Of a DNA stretch of 63,021 nt, positions 23,510-36,300 are shown piece after piece. The notes beneath the pieces were generated by a model. The model worked only from the letters and a program-made list of their open reading frames with translations, did not search any database and was not told where the DNA came from. Each line of letters starts with the position of its first letter. Position 1 is the stretch's first letter. Both the position numbers and the translations under genes were made by a program. This DNA comes from Octopus bimaculoides (Eukaryota), in the NCBI RefSeq assembly GCF_001194135.2, contig NC_068988.1, positions 38,492,221 through 38,555,241 on the forward strand, in the 5' to 3' direction.

Positions 23510-23770
23510 GTGTTTGACCTCTAGTGTGGGTGATCGCTGTGATGGTTGACCTCTGGCATGGTTGACCTATTGTGCAGTTGACATCTTGTGTGGTTGACCC
23601 CTGTGATGGTTGACCTCTTGTGTAGTTGATCTCTTGCATGGTTGACCATTTATATGGTAAATTTCTTGTGTAGTTGACCTTTTGAGTGGTTGACCTCTTG
23701 AGCAGTTGATCTCTTAGTTGACTAATCTCTTGGGTACTTGACCTCTTGGATGCCTTGTTGACCTCTTGGG
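23510..23770. repeat. Minisatellite, ~18-bp period, core GTTGACCTCTTG
   Basis: About 13-15 degenerate units. Confidence 0.85.
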
Positions 23771-24469
23771 TGGCAGGCTTATTTGGTGGCAGATCTAAAT
23801 CTTCCATCTAATATGTGTATGTGTGGATTTGTGGATGTGCTTGTAAGGTAACCTCACTACAGATAGGACTTCAAAAGAGCAGCCAGTGCATTCTGTAAAG
23901 TGGTTAGGAATGGCATCCACCAAAGGAGGAAACATTGGAGGAAGACTTGGTCCTCTAACTCATCAGATTCTGTACTACCATCGACTCATGGCAGCATGAT
24001 TAATGGGCATAAAATCATGAGGAGGAGGATGATGATGTTAATGATGTTGATGAAGATTATGATGTTGATGATAATAATTCCTATTTCTTAAGAAAGACAC
24101 AACAATGCAAGTTTGGAAATTAGGTGTAAACTGAACCAAAATCAAAACAATAGAACAATGATTTTTACAAACACACGCACATACACACATGCTATTTACA
24201 TTGTTTTTTGATATTTCAGATTTAAAATTTTCTTGTTGAGAGAATAGAAGAGCTAGTTCTGTCTACACCAATCAAAATAACTAATCAATTAGCCAATCAG
24301 CATAATTAGATCATGCCTGTTATTAATAGATGGATCAAGTACTTCTTTTTCTTTTCTTTTTTCTTTTAATCAAGATGGCTTCTTTAATCCTTAAACTTCC
24401 AATATTTCTTTCTGTGGCCTTTGTAGTAAACATAATGTCATTGTTATGGCATCTCTATAATTTTTTCTT

Positions 24470-24504
<35 letters not shown>

Positions 24505-24839
24505 ATGGAGGCATTTGTACAAAGTGATGCCCCAATGACTGAAACAAGATAAAAAATAAAAGACAGATTTATAACAAATTTTAAAGTATACAATGTAGGT
24601 CCATAAACAAACATCAACATTATTTATGGAGCAGTTGGCTAACATGCAAACATTGTTACCATATGTAGGTCATCTCCAAGACAGATATTTTCTCAGAGAA
24701 TAACCAGTGTGATTTAATTGTTCTTTCAATCCCTCCCTGGGATAACTTGATTAATTGCAGAAGTTATTCTTACATTAAAGTGTGGCAAGTTTTTGTAGAG
24801 GTGTGGTCTTTCTTTGGTGATATATTAATGAGCAATTGA

Positions 24840-25370
24840 TGGCAGAGAGTGTAGTAGGTGCTTTTACATGCCACTGGCACGAGGGCCAGTCACAAGGTAC
24901 TGGCAACAGCCAGGCTCAAAAAGGTGTTTTTTACGTGCCACCTGCACGGGAGCCAGTCCAGCGGCACTGCAACGATCTCGCTCGAATGATTTCTAATGTG
25001 CCACCACCACAAGTGCTAGAAGGTGACTCTGGTAATGATTACACTAAAATGGTGCTATTTATGGGCCACTAGCATGGAAGCCAGGCAGCTGCTCTGGCAA
25101 TGAACACGCTCAGACAGTGCTGTTAGTGCTCCACTGGCACAGGTGCCAGTCATCGAATATGGTTCAATTATGATTTCGATTCCGATTTCACTTGCCCTAA
25201 CAGTTCTTAGCAAGTAGAGTTTAGTGTTCAATGAAGGAGAGGTTGGCATGGGTGCCAGTCGTCGGATTCGGTTCGATTTCGATTTCAGATCTCAAATTTC
25301 AAATTCCAAATTCACTTGCCTCAACAGGTCTTCGCAAGCAGAGTTTTTAGTGTCCAATGAAGTAAAGATA
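24840..25370 (-). mobile_element. 5' repeat-bearing portion of a family D / RTE 5'-UTR-like element
   Basis: Internal ~55-60 bp repeats (GTGCCAC..GCAC...GCCAGTC...GCACTGGCAA) also seen at 57100-57220 and 62390-62450; duplicated CACTTGCC..AACAG.TCTT.GCAAG.AGAGTTT block. Confidence 0.65.
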
Positions 25371-25374
25371 CGAA

Positions 25375-25590
25375 TAAGTGAGCTGAATAATAATAATAAT
25401 AATAATAATAACAACAACAACAACAACAACAACATCGAAACATACCTTAGGAATGAGAACCCAGGTTCAAAATTTCCCCAAGACACCTGATGAAGGCTAG
25501 AGGGTATATCAGCTGAAATGTTGTGTTAACAACAAATAAGATGAGGGTGAATATCTGTCAAATGTAAATAATGTAAATAATGTAAATTAA
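25375..25590 (+). mobile_element. 5'-truncated copy of the hammerhead-bearing SINE
   Basis: (AAT)n(AAC)n spacer, CCTTAGGAATGAGAA..CCAGGTT body, hammerhead at 25482-25527, (AATGTAAAT)3 tail; homologous to 6290-6480 (-). Confidence 0.85.
25482..25527 (+). ncRNA. Minimal type I hammerhead ribozyme motif (core intact)
   Basis: GACAC-CUGAUGA-A-GGCUA(10-nt loop)CAGCU-GAAA-UG-UU-GUGUU. Confidence 0.75.
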
Positions 25591-25719
25591 ATTTGCCATA
25601 ACAAAAAAGAAATATACATTGGTATCAATGAAACTTGGTACATGCAAACAAAAAACTATATATACTGATAAGAACTGATACAAACCAATCAGTAAGGTAT
25701 AATAAATGTGATGAATTCC

Positions 25720-26969
25720 TATAGATAGTTAGTTACTTGTTCTCATTGTTGCCATCCATATTACCAGTCCTCTCTTCATCACTAGAATTCTCAGTAATAG
25801 GATTTGGGTCATCAGTATCTTCGTCAAACAATAAATCGTCCTCTGTTCCATCAAGGGCATTACTAATGTCACATTTTTTTAAATGATTTCACAACTACCT
25901 TTTGCTTTTACAGCGTTCTATGAACTTTTTACTCACTCACACACCTGTGTAATAGTAAGCTTCTTCCTTCTTCCTGTCGGTGTCACTTCAAAATCTGAAA
26001 ACTGCATTCACTTGCTCCACTCCTTCTGCTTGAATCTTTTAAGTGGTTTATTGATTGAAATCTCTAAAAGCTGTAACTGGCTGGTAATTCCTCTCCAAGT
26101 TCCTCTTAATAAATTCAGTTCATGAGCCTGAAACTGGTCCCAAACTAACAAGGCAAGTTTCTTTAATAGCCCACCAGGACGCCTGAACTACACTTTATCA
26201 AGCCACAATGTCATTCCTCCCTCATCCATCCAACCTTTTGGGAGGAGATGAACATAAATGTCATTCAGTATTCTTTCTTTAGGCAATGACTTTCTTTTAA
26301 AATTCTAAAAGATGGCAATTTTGTGCAATCAATGCAGCATGCTAGTACAACCATGTAGTGTGTCTTTTCATGGCCACATATTTTAATAGTCACAGTTTTA
26401 GCACCTTTGGCTTCTACCACCTTGTTTGATGGCTCATTAATGTCAAAGAGACTTCTTCCATATTTGCTATTTGTGAAAGTTCAAAATTAACTTCTTTTCT
26501 TGCATTAATGATATACCTGTGAAACTTAAGTATTTGATCTTCATATTCAGGGAGCATTTTTGTGCAATTCTTGTCCTAGCCCTCATACAGAGGTTATTTC
26601 TCCCCATAAATCTGGGACACCATGATGTTGACCCTTTAAAACCATTGATATCTGTTCATTGCTATAAGTCTTGAATGGTATATAATAATTTTTGTGAATA
26701 CTGCAAAACCCGATCTTCTTTGGTCTAAAACCGATGTTTTTAATTCTTCTAGTTCAGGCCATATTACAACGCCCCTACAGAGGCAGTGTTTGCTATGTTT
26801 AGCAGCTTGCAGCTGCTCTTTGTGTTTCCTCTAAGTCCTTACCATTTTCTTGGTTGGTGGTGGACCAAAACATTGAGTAACTGCCCTATTACCTTGGTCT
26901 TTTGCGTATGCTACAACATTTGGTTTCAAATTTGATGTATAACAGTGCTTTTTTTTGTTTTTCAGCCAT
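25720..26969 (-). mobile_element. Degenerate pogo-family transposase (POGK-like: N-terminal DBD, CENP-B HTH, DDE_1)
   Basis: AYAKDQGNRAVTQCFGPPPTKKMVRT*RK, WPELEELKTSV, QIANMEEV, PKGWMDEGGMTLWLDKV*FRRPGGLLKKLALLVWDQFQAH, KSFKKCDISNALDGTEDDLLFD; multiple stops and frameshifts. Confidence 0.85.
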
Positions 26970-27759
26970 GTATTTGGACTCGGTATGAAATTTATCATAA
27001 ATCAGAACTTACTGGTATGTTATCAGCAACCATACTTCAACTCTTGCCTTCTCTCAGATCAGCTGTATAGTTGTCTATATTTCGAGCAAGAGAATTACTG
27101 TACAGGATGTGAAACTCGTATTTCTGGGTGTGATGCTTTGTGTCACAGTGCCAGGCCACAATGTGGAGAATAAAGGAAAAGAGACTAAAAGAGCCAAACA
27201 CAAATGAATGACCAAGAAAGGGAAACAACAGGACAGAGGCACTGTTGTAAAAGTGAAGCCTCCAACACATCGTCTGATCTAATCATTGCAAATGACTGCC
27301 AGGCAGATGAAAGTTTATTAACATTTCTTTCAAATTTCTAGGAGAATTTTTCATTTAGATAATGAAGAAATGTTTCTTAAAGGTAATTCAGTCGTTAAAT
27401 AATGTCAGGTATGGATTATGTATGCTGGGGAAGGAGGTGAGATGATGTGTGCTTCCCTCATAATTGCCAATGTATCGTAAGCAACTTTTCGTAAGTTTGT
27501 GATAACAGACTGTGATAATTTGGCTTGTTTTCAATACTTTATTATCAATAACACAATTTACTGTAATAATCTGGTTTGTTTTCATTATTTTATTATTAGC
27601 AAGAACTTTTATGCCTAGGGAACTTACCCAGTATGCTTGTCCAGCTCCCTAGCCTATGGCACTTGGTCTCTCATCTGTAATATGGTTGCATTAGACACAG
27701 GACAATCTTTTGATACATTTAAAAATAAGAAAAGTTTGTCCAATCTGCTGGCAAATACA

Positions 27760-27835
<76 letters not shown>

Positions 27836-27837
27836 CA

Positions 27838-28215
27838 TGGCACTCTGTTGGTTACGACGATGAGGGTTCCAGTTGATCCAATCAACGGAACAGCCTGCTC
27901 ATGAAATTAACAGGCAAGTGGCTGAGCATTCCACAGACACATGTACTCTTAATGTAATTCTCAGGGAGATTCAGTGTGACACAGAGTGTGACAAGGCTGG
28001 CCCTTTGAAATACAGGTACAACAGAAACAGGAAGAAAGAGTGAGAGGAAGTTGTGGTGAAAGAGTACAGCAGGGTTCACCACCATTCCCTGCCGGAGCCT
28101 CATGGAGATTTTGGTGTTTTTGCTCAATAAATACTCACAACACCCAGCCTGGGAATCGAAATTGCGATCCTACAACTGCGAGTCTGCTGCCCTAACCACT
28201 GGGCCATTGTGCCTC
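27838..28215 (-). mobile_element. Near full-length tRNA-headed SINE, family B
   Basis: Reverse complement of 35187-35506; head GGCCCAGTGGTTAGGG...GATTTCGATTCC. Confidence 0.8.
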
Positions 28216-28587
28216 CATCTTGTTGTCTTAATACAGAGATAGGGAGACTCATTAGATAATGTAGTCTAAAAAGTCTGTCTGTCTCTCTCTCTCTTTCACA
28301 CTCTCTCTCTCCTTCTCTCTGAGCAACACATGAAGATTTGAGCTACATAACATTAGTCATACCGTCTGTCTCTAAGTGCTAAGTGCCTTGACTATGGACA
28401 GAATGCAACACATGTGGTGGTGGTGGTGCTTCTGCTGCTGCTACAGTTGATACTAGTGGTGGTGGTGGTGGTTATGTTTGTGGTGGTTCTAGTGTCAGCA
28501 TATGACCCACTGACCTCTTAGCTCATTGTCTGGTATCTAATTGACTCAATCACAAGACATTCACATCCATCTTCTCACTTCTGCCAA

Positions 28588-28641
<54 letters not shown>

Positions 28642-28793
28642 GACAGAGATTAGATGAGAGGTTGATTAATTAATTGTTCTTATTTCTCTAATTGCAGCTT
28701 CAGATGTAATCTGTAATGTTGTTGAAGTGAAACTTTTCAATCTTAGAAACCAGTGATGGTCTGTGATGCCATCATCATCATGCAATTAGTTAG

Positions 28794-29050
28794 TGAAGGC
28801 TTGTGGCTTAGTGGTTAGGGTATTCAGCTCATGATTGTAAGGTTGTGAGTTCAATTCCTGGTAGCACATTGAGTCCTCTTGAGCAAGACACTTTTTCTTC
28901 ATGCTGCTCCAGTCCACTCAGCTGACAAAAATGAGAAGTACTTGTATTTTGAAGGATCAGCCTTGCCACATATTGTGTCATGCTGTATCACTCTGAATGC
29001 TATGTTAAGGGTATGCCAGGAACCCTTATCACTGTAACCAACAGAGTGCC
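28794..29050 (+). mobile_element. tRNA-headed SINE, family B
   Basis: GTGGCTTAGTGGTTAGGG...GAGTTCAATTCC, then CORE-like CTTGAGCAAGACACTT...CACTCAGCTG. Confidence 0.8.
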
Positions 29051-30779
29051 AGCAAATAGTAAATATAGCATGTTCCAAAAATGGGATATATTATTTTATT
29101 ATAAGGAAATGGTATGGTCCAACACTTTAGTTGTTGTTGTTGTTGTTGTTGTTGCTACATAAGTCTATATCAGTCCTGGCACAGCAGGCTTATGATCTAT
29201 GACCTTGGCGTTAGGAAGGGCATCCAGCTGTAGAAACTCTGCCAAATAAGATTGGAGCCTGGTGTAGCCACATAGTTCACCAGTCCTCAGTCAAATCGTC
29301 CAGCCCATGCTAGCATGGAAAACGGACGTTAAACGATGATGATGTAACCAAGGAACATCAACAGACAAATAAAGTAAATAAATAAAGAACAAAAAGATAA
29401 AATAAAAGAATTTATTTACGAATGGCAAAAAGAAAAAAAATATCAAGTTGAAATAACTTAATTTTGAGTATGGAAACAAAGCCACTAATTTGTATTGATG
29501 TCTTTAATAAAGGCATGAATGCCATACAATCTCATTCAATTTCTCTGGTGCCCTTTTGTGCATCATCATCATCATCTTCATCATCATCATCATCATCATC
29601 ATCATTTAGCTTCAATTTTCCATACTGGCATGGGTTAGACAGTTTGGCTGTAACTGGTAAGCTAGAGAGCTGCACCAGGCTCCAGTCTGTTTTGGCTTCG
29701 TTTCTATGGCCGGATGCCCTTCTTAATGCCAACCATTCTACAGAGTGTACCAGGTGTCTTTAATATGTCATTGGCACAAATGTCACAGGCACGGGTGCCA
29801 TTAACACGTCACCAGCACTCAAGCATAGCAAACCGCCAACAGTTTTGGTCATCACCCCATATTTTCCTGATTCAACATCTTCTACATGTTGTCTTCAGGG
29901 TTAAAATAATGAGTAAAGAACTGCTGCATTGAATCAAATTAAAACGGCATAACACAAACTTTTCTGTTACTGGTTAAGAAATTTGACATTTAAAATTAAA
30001 TTATCTGACAAGAGGTAGAGAGAGCATTTGAAATCAAAGAACTAGTACATGCTTTGTATTGGCATTTTTGGTGAAATTTATGCATATGGCATCTTGAAGA
30101 TAAGTTCGGATAGAATTTGAGATATCAATGCAAAGTTTGTCTTCAGAAATTTTATTTTATACTTGCCAAGAGATGCTGACATCCCAAGAAGCTCTTGGGA
30201 TCTTTGAGAAAATGGAAAAATATGAATATATTAAAACATGAATATATTAAATTTGAAGTATTTAAACAAAAAGCATTTTTTTTCTCTCTATTTTGCTTTT
30301 CCTCTAGCCCCTTCACTCTCTCCTGCATGTGTGTGTGTGTGTGCAATATACATGTTTGCTTGTGCGAGTGTGTGTGTGTGTGTGCGTGCACATGTGTGTG
30401 TATGCACGCACATATGTGTGTATGCAATATGCATATGTGTTTGTGTGTTTGTGTGCACATGTGTCTGTGCATGTGTGTGTGTGCACCTGTCTGTGTGTAT
30501 GTGTGTATGCAATATGCATATGTGTTTGTGTGCACATGTGTCTATGCATGTGTGTGAGCATGTGTATGTGTGTGCGTGTGCTTCAATCTAACCAAACAGC
30601 TCCCACTCTTCTCCCTTTCCTTTTCTTTATTCTTATTCTCTTTCTTAACAACTTTAGACATTTGCTCTCTCCCATATCCTATTTCATCATACATGTTTTT
30701 CTTTTTTATTCTCTCACTCCATACTTTCCATTCATTTTTTATCAAATCTCCTGCAAGTTAACTCGAGATCCCTTGAAAA

Positions 30780-31183
30780 CAACATAACCTTCATTTAGCT
30801 AAGGTATCTTCAGCCTGATGAATAGCTAGCAGAGTACCCGTCATTGAGTAATTATTACATCAGAGAATCTACTCTTTAGGAAACATATGTAGCCTGAATT
30901 TTACCTACCCCATTCCCTCCATTTGGATATATATAAATTTTTTTCAGAATGAGATAAAAAACCAAGGGTGTGAAGATTTTAAAACATTTATAAATAGAAG
31001 GTTTTACAGCTGCTTCCAGGATATTTATTATATCTCTTTATCGGAGACGGTGTGAGAAAAAAAATTTTATATATACACATGCTGATATATGACGTACATT
31101 GGACTCCTTATTCGCATAATTACAGAACCTGAAGCTTAACTATGGTCTATCCATAGCACTTATTCAGCATTACCTGACACCTT
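30780..31183. mobile_element. Probable Penelope-like element terminal-repeat region with two convergent hammerhead-type motifs
   Basis: Hammerhead fold at 30809-30898 (+) and a decayed one at 31001-31052 (-); ends at an N gap. Penelope assignment is inferred from the motif type only. Confidence 0.5.
30809..30898 (+). ncRNA. Minimal hammerhead ribozyme motif with long helix II and palindromic helix III
   Basis: UUCAGC-CUGAUGA ... AGAGUA/UACUCU helix II ... GAA-ACAUAUGU-A-GCCUGAA. Confidence 0.6.
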
Positions 31184-31593
31184 NNNNNNNNNNNNNNNNN
31201 NNNNNNNNNNNNNNNNNNNNNNNNNNNNNNNNNNNNNNNNNNNNNNNNNNNNNNNNNNNNNNNNNNNNNNNNNNNNNNNNNNNNNNNNNNNNNNNNNNNN
31301 NNNNNNNNNNNNNNNNNNNNNNNNNNNNNNNNNNNNNNNNNNNNNNNNNNNNNNNNNNNNNNNNNNNNNNNNNNNNNNNNNNNNNNNNNNNNNNNNNNNN
31401 NNNNNNNNNNNNNNNNNNNNNNNNNNNNNNNNNNNNNNNNNNNNNNNNNNNNNNNNNNNNNNNNNNNNNNNNNNNNNNNNNNNNNNNNNNNNNNNNNNNN
31501 NNNNNNNNNNNNNNNNNNNNNNNNNNNNNNNNNNNNNNNNNNNNNNNNNNNNNNNNNNNNNNNNNNNNNNNNNNNNNNNNNNNNNNNNNNNNN

Positions 31594-31631
<38 letters not shown>

Positions 31632-32145
31632 TACACACACACACACACACATATACATATAATATATACATGCATATTTATATACACACAGACACACACT
31701 CATATTCAGTGGGCTTCTAACAGTTTCCAACCATCAAAACGACTCACAAGGTTTTGGTCAGCTCAGAGCTATAGCAGAAGACACTTGCCCAGTGTGCCAC
31801 ATGGTGGGACTGAACCCAAAACCATGTGGTTGGGAAGTGAAAACAAAGAAAGCCACTCACTTAAAAAAAAAAGGCAAAAATATGAAACTGAACTCATTAG
31901 CTATTACTGCAGAGCAAAGAGTTATTATTTTTTTCTTAACTGAATGTAACAAATGTAGTCTTTGTTTCACTCTTGGGTGGAGGTCACTAATGCATTAATT
32001 AAAAATCTGAAATTAATTACACACACACACACATGTATACATATACATACACATGCACACATACATGCATGCATGCATACATACATACATACATACATAC
32101 ATACATACATACATACATACATACATAGAGAGGGGGTACAGTGGT

Positions 32146-32180
<35 letters not shown>

Positions 32181-32210
32181 CGTAGGTAGTTAGGTAGATA
32201 TGTAGGTAGG

Positions 32211-32251
<41 letters not shown>

Positions 32252-32739
32252 TATGAGCTATGATTATAGAAGGAAATGAAGAATTAAGTAATGAGTGAGG
32301 AAATAGGAGTTAATTATTTCTAGTAAATGGTTATCCACTATTTTTGGAAGTTAATTCGCAAGACAGAAATTAAGTAGGGCATATTTTGGGAATTAAAATA
32401 AAACAAGCAATAGATTTTATTATTTGTGCGAGATATGAGGTAGTTTCAACCAGATAATTTTTGGATAAATGGTGATTGAAATAATAATAACCATTAATTT
32501 TTATTCACCAATTATTTTTAATCACAGCTTTTTCTTAATCACCATTTATTTAATATCTACAGTAATAGAATGGCTTACATCTATTCAAAATAAAATTGAC
32601 AATAAATTCTTTCAATTTGGTACAAAAGACTGCTACCCCTGGATCCCTAAAACACTATTCATCAACATATCAGCATCCTTAATTTTGCCTCATCAATCAC
32701 ATGTATTATAGATAATGAAATAGAAATTATATTCTTTTA

Positions 32740-33303
32740 TTAGTTTCAGTCATTTGACTGTGGCCATGCTGGAGCACCACCTTTAGTTGAACAATTTGAC
32801 CCCAGGACTTCTTTGTGTAAGCCTAGTACTTATTCTGTTGGTCTATTTTGCCAAACCACTAAGTTACGGGGACATGAACACAGCAACATCAGTTGCCAAG
32901 TGACGGAGAGGAGACAAACACAGACACACACACATATATATGTGTATATATATATCATCATCATCATCATCGTTTAACGTCTGCTTTCCATGCTGGCATG
33001 GGTCGGACAGTTTGACTGAGGACTGGCGAACCAGATGGCTGCACCAGGCTTCAATCTGATCTGGCAGAATTTCTACAGCTGGATGCCCTTCCTAATGCCA
33101 ACCACTCCGAGAGTGTAGTGAGTGCTTTTACATGCCACCAGCACATATACAATGGGCTTCTTTCAGTTTCCGTCTACCAAATCCATTCATAAGGCTTTGA
33201 TCAGCCCAAAGCTATAGCAGAAGACACTTGCCCAAGTTGCCACACAGTAGGACTGAACCCAAAACCGTGTGGTTGGGAAGCAAGCTTCTTACCACACAGG
33301 CCA
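32740..33303 (-). mobile_element. Family A SINE with a family D element (32953-33145) inserted in its central microsatellite
   Basis: Both halves of family A flank a (CAT)n-tailed family D copy. Confidence 0.8.
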
Positions 33304-33559
33304 CTATAAATATATATGCTGTGGGACTCTAACCAACATTAGTAAGCAATTATAATTCTTCTTTATTATAGGCACTAGGCCTAAAATTTTGTAGGAGAAG
33401 GCTAAGTGATTACATTGAGACAAACAGGATAAAAGGCAAAGTCAGCTTCAATGGAATTTGAACTTAGAGTGTAAGGGCAGAAGAAATGATGTTAATCATT
33501 TTGTCCAACAAGCTAATGATACTTACAACAATTACAATACATGCACAAGTAAACTATAG

Positions 33560-34540
33560 GCAATTCTGACAACTCTCTGTTAACTACAATATGAAACAAA
33601 CATGTCTTTTGATGTTAGAATGACTGTGAATGACTATGATAAAATAAGAGACCTCGTAGAATTATATTTATTATCAAATTTAAAAACTAAGTTCCCTCAT
33701 ACATAATGTCATCTTTACAGACACTGTGGTCTCCAGTCTTTATAAAATTTAACCCTCAGCGAAAAGTGAAACTTAGAAAAACGTCTAGACTTCCTTTTCA
33801 AAAATTTTGCACTAAAGATTACTACTTGTTGATAATGTTAAAATCAGTGTAACTGTAACTTTGAATATAAGTAATTTTTGTACCACTCAAGAAAACTTTA
33901 AACTATATCCACAAATTGTCTAACCATCCCAAGGACATTTATAACCAAGTTAAAATATCTCAGACTATCAAAATCTATTCAGAGAGTTTTCTAAATATGA
34001 ATTTAATAATACTTTCTTTGGAAGTGGTATCAAGGAGGAAATTACATGTACTGAACATATTACCAGAACTGCCATGCATTGAACACATAATCCTACTAAA
34101 AATACTAACTAGGCATGACAGTGCTTTGAGTGAACATTGCTCTTAGTAAGGAATAATTCCTTACACACAAGCGATTAGCCTTAAATACCTGTAGGAAGAT
34201 TCAAAATATCTGGGAATCAAGAATTTCAAAGACAACAAAACTGGCCTTTAAGGAATATGGAGAGATCATTTTTCTGTACGGTACTAAAACCTAAACTAAG
34301 AAGGAGTTTTGAGGACAACTTGGTGATACATACACCAGGTTTCTGATGGTGTGTGTGTGTGTGGGGGGGGGGAATCAAAACGGTCTTATGACATCAGTAC
34401 AAAAACCAAAGAAGAGACTTATGGACATAACAATCTTTGAAATAGTAGAACAACCCATCCCAAACAGTGGGGAATCACAGTCCAGGTTCAACTGTTCATC
34501 CTTTCAATCGTTGAATACAGAACATAATTTGTGAGACCAC
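33560..34540 (+). mobile_element. Highly decayed RTE-type LINE RT/C-terminal region
   Basis: IWESRISKTTKLAFKEYGEIIFLYGTKT resembles IW.S.IS..TKL..F...ESILLYG.ETW; weak upstream RT remnants. Confidence 0.45.
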
Positions 34541-35186
34541 CGTTTAGATGATTTTTCTTGAGTCACCAATCAATTACAAGGTTACCCATTAACAGTTGAG
34601 TGAACTAGAGCAATGCAAAATGAAGTCTTTTTTTCAAGAACACAACTGCTCTGGGAATTGAACCCATGATCTCACAATCATGAGTGCAACACCCTAACCA
34701 ATAGGCCACATGCCTTTACATTCCACCCATCTGCATTATTACTGTTCCAAGTGAGCTTCACTTAGCTGGACATTGCTATCGAGCAGAGCCACAAGCCAAT
34801 ACTGATGTTATATTTTGGGGTCTTCCATGCCCTAATACATTGAATCTTAACCATTTTTTTCCTATGGACTCTTTTGCTTCCAATTTTACTCAGGTGGACT
34901 CCCATAGCCACTCACTGTTTTAAAATGTCCTATTATACTTTTATAATTAAATATTATTAGGAATTGTAATAAAAAATATTGTTGAAATATTCTGTGTATT
35001 GCAGAAGTATATCTAATTTGTTGTACATAAATTTTAACCCTCAAGGATCATATGGACTCTGATTGAGAACTGCTGCTCTAACAGAAGATGACATTGGTGT
35101 TATTGGTGTTATTGACAGAGATGCATAACATGAAATTGAGGATCTACAAAAACTAAAGAGGGACAGAGATTTCTGACACAGCATTG

Positions 35187-35506
35187 TGAAGGCATGTGGC
35201 TTAGTGGTTAGGATATTTGGCTCATGATCGTAAGGTCGTGAGTTCGATTCCCAGCGATGCTTACTGTCCTTGAGCAAGACACTTTATTCCACATTGCTCC
35301 AGTTCACTCAGCTAGCAAAAATGAGTAAATCCTGTATTTCAAGGGATCAACCTTATCACATTCTGTGTCATGCTGAATCTCCCTGAGAACTATGTTAAGT
35401 GTACATGTGTCTTTGGAGTGCTCAGCCACTTGCATGTTAATTTGACAAGCAGGCTGCTCTGTTGATAGGGTCAACTGGAACCCTTGTAGTAACCGACAGA
35501 GTGCCA
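35187..35506 (+). mobile_element. Full-length tRNA-headed SINE, family B
   Basis: A box GTGGCTTAGTGG, B box GAGTTCGATTCC, CORE-like block, 3' AACCGACAGAGTGCCA. Confidence 0.85.
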
Positions 35507-35601
35507 ATTACTGAGAGATGCATCTTAATGCGGTTGCTTGTAGAAGAAGGGATAGCTCTCCTTTCAATTTAACTGTAGCAACCTTATATAATATTCTGGT
35601 A

Positions 35602-35977
35602 TTCTGTTACTTGACTGTGGCCTTGCTAGAGCACTGCCTTAAAGGGTATTTAATCAAAGAAATCGACTCCAGGACTTATTCTTTGTAAGTCTAGTACTTA
35701 CTCTATAGGCGTCTCTTGCTGAACCACTAAGATACAGGGATGTAAACACACCAACATCGGTTTTCATGTGATGCTGGAGGGGGGGACAAACAAACACAAA
35801 GGCACACACACACATATGTATATGGTGGGCTTTTTCAGATTCTGTTTACCAAATCCACTTAGAAGGCTATTGTCAGCCTGAGGCAATAATAAAAGACACC
35901 TGCCCAATGTGCTATGCAGTGGGACTGAACCCAGAACCATTGGTTGGGAAGCAAACATCTTACCACACAGCCATGCC
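35602..35977 (-). mobile_element. Family A SINE
   Basis: Match to other family A copies. Confidence 0.8.
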
Positions 35978-36269
35978 TTTCTTACGAAACACATGTCAAC
36001 AACAAAGTTTTTAACAAAAATATAAAATCTCCAGCAGCAGTAGTAGTAGTAGTATCCCATGTGAAATGCATTAAGAAAGGGGAAAAAAATGGCCAGCCAA
36101 CTAACTAAACTGCCAGCTAGCCGGCCAACCAACCAGGAAAGAATAATTCATCTTGAAGTTGTTTAAAGTGAAAGGAACAATGTGAAAATAAATGAGTTAA
36201 TTAGTTAATGAAGCAGACAGCTAGTTAATTGTAAAACACCACTCTGTAACTAACTACCCACCTATTCAT

Positions 36270-36300
<31 letters not shown>

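Noticed and set aside
27342-27382. 41-nt micro-exon candidate (RIFHLDNEEMFLK) with AG/GT ends
   Set aside because: Lies in the probable 5' non-coding part of the pogo element, has no partner exons, and such signals occur by chance in AT-rich DNA.
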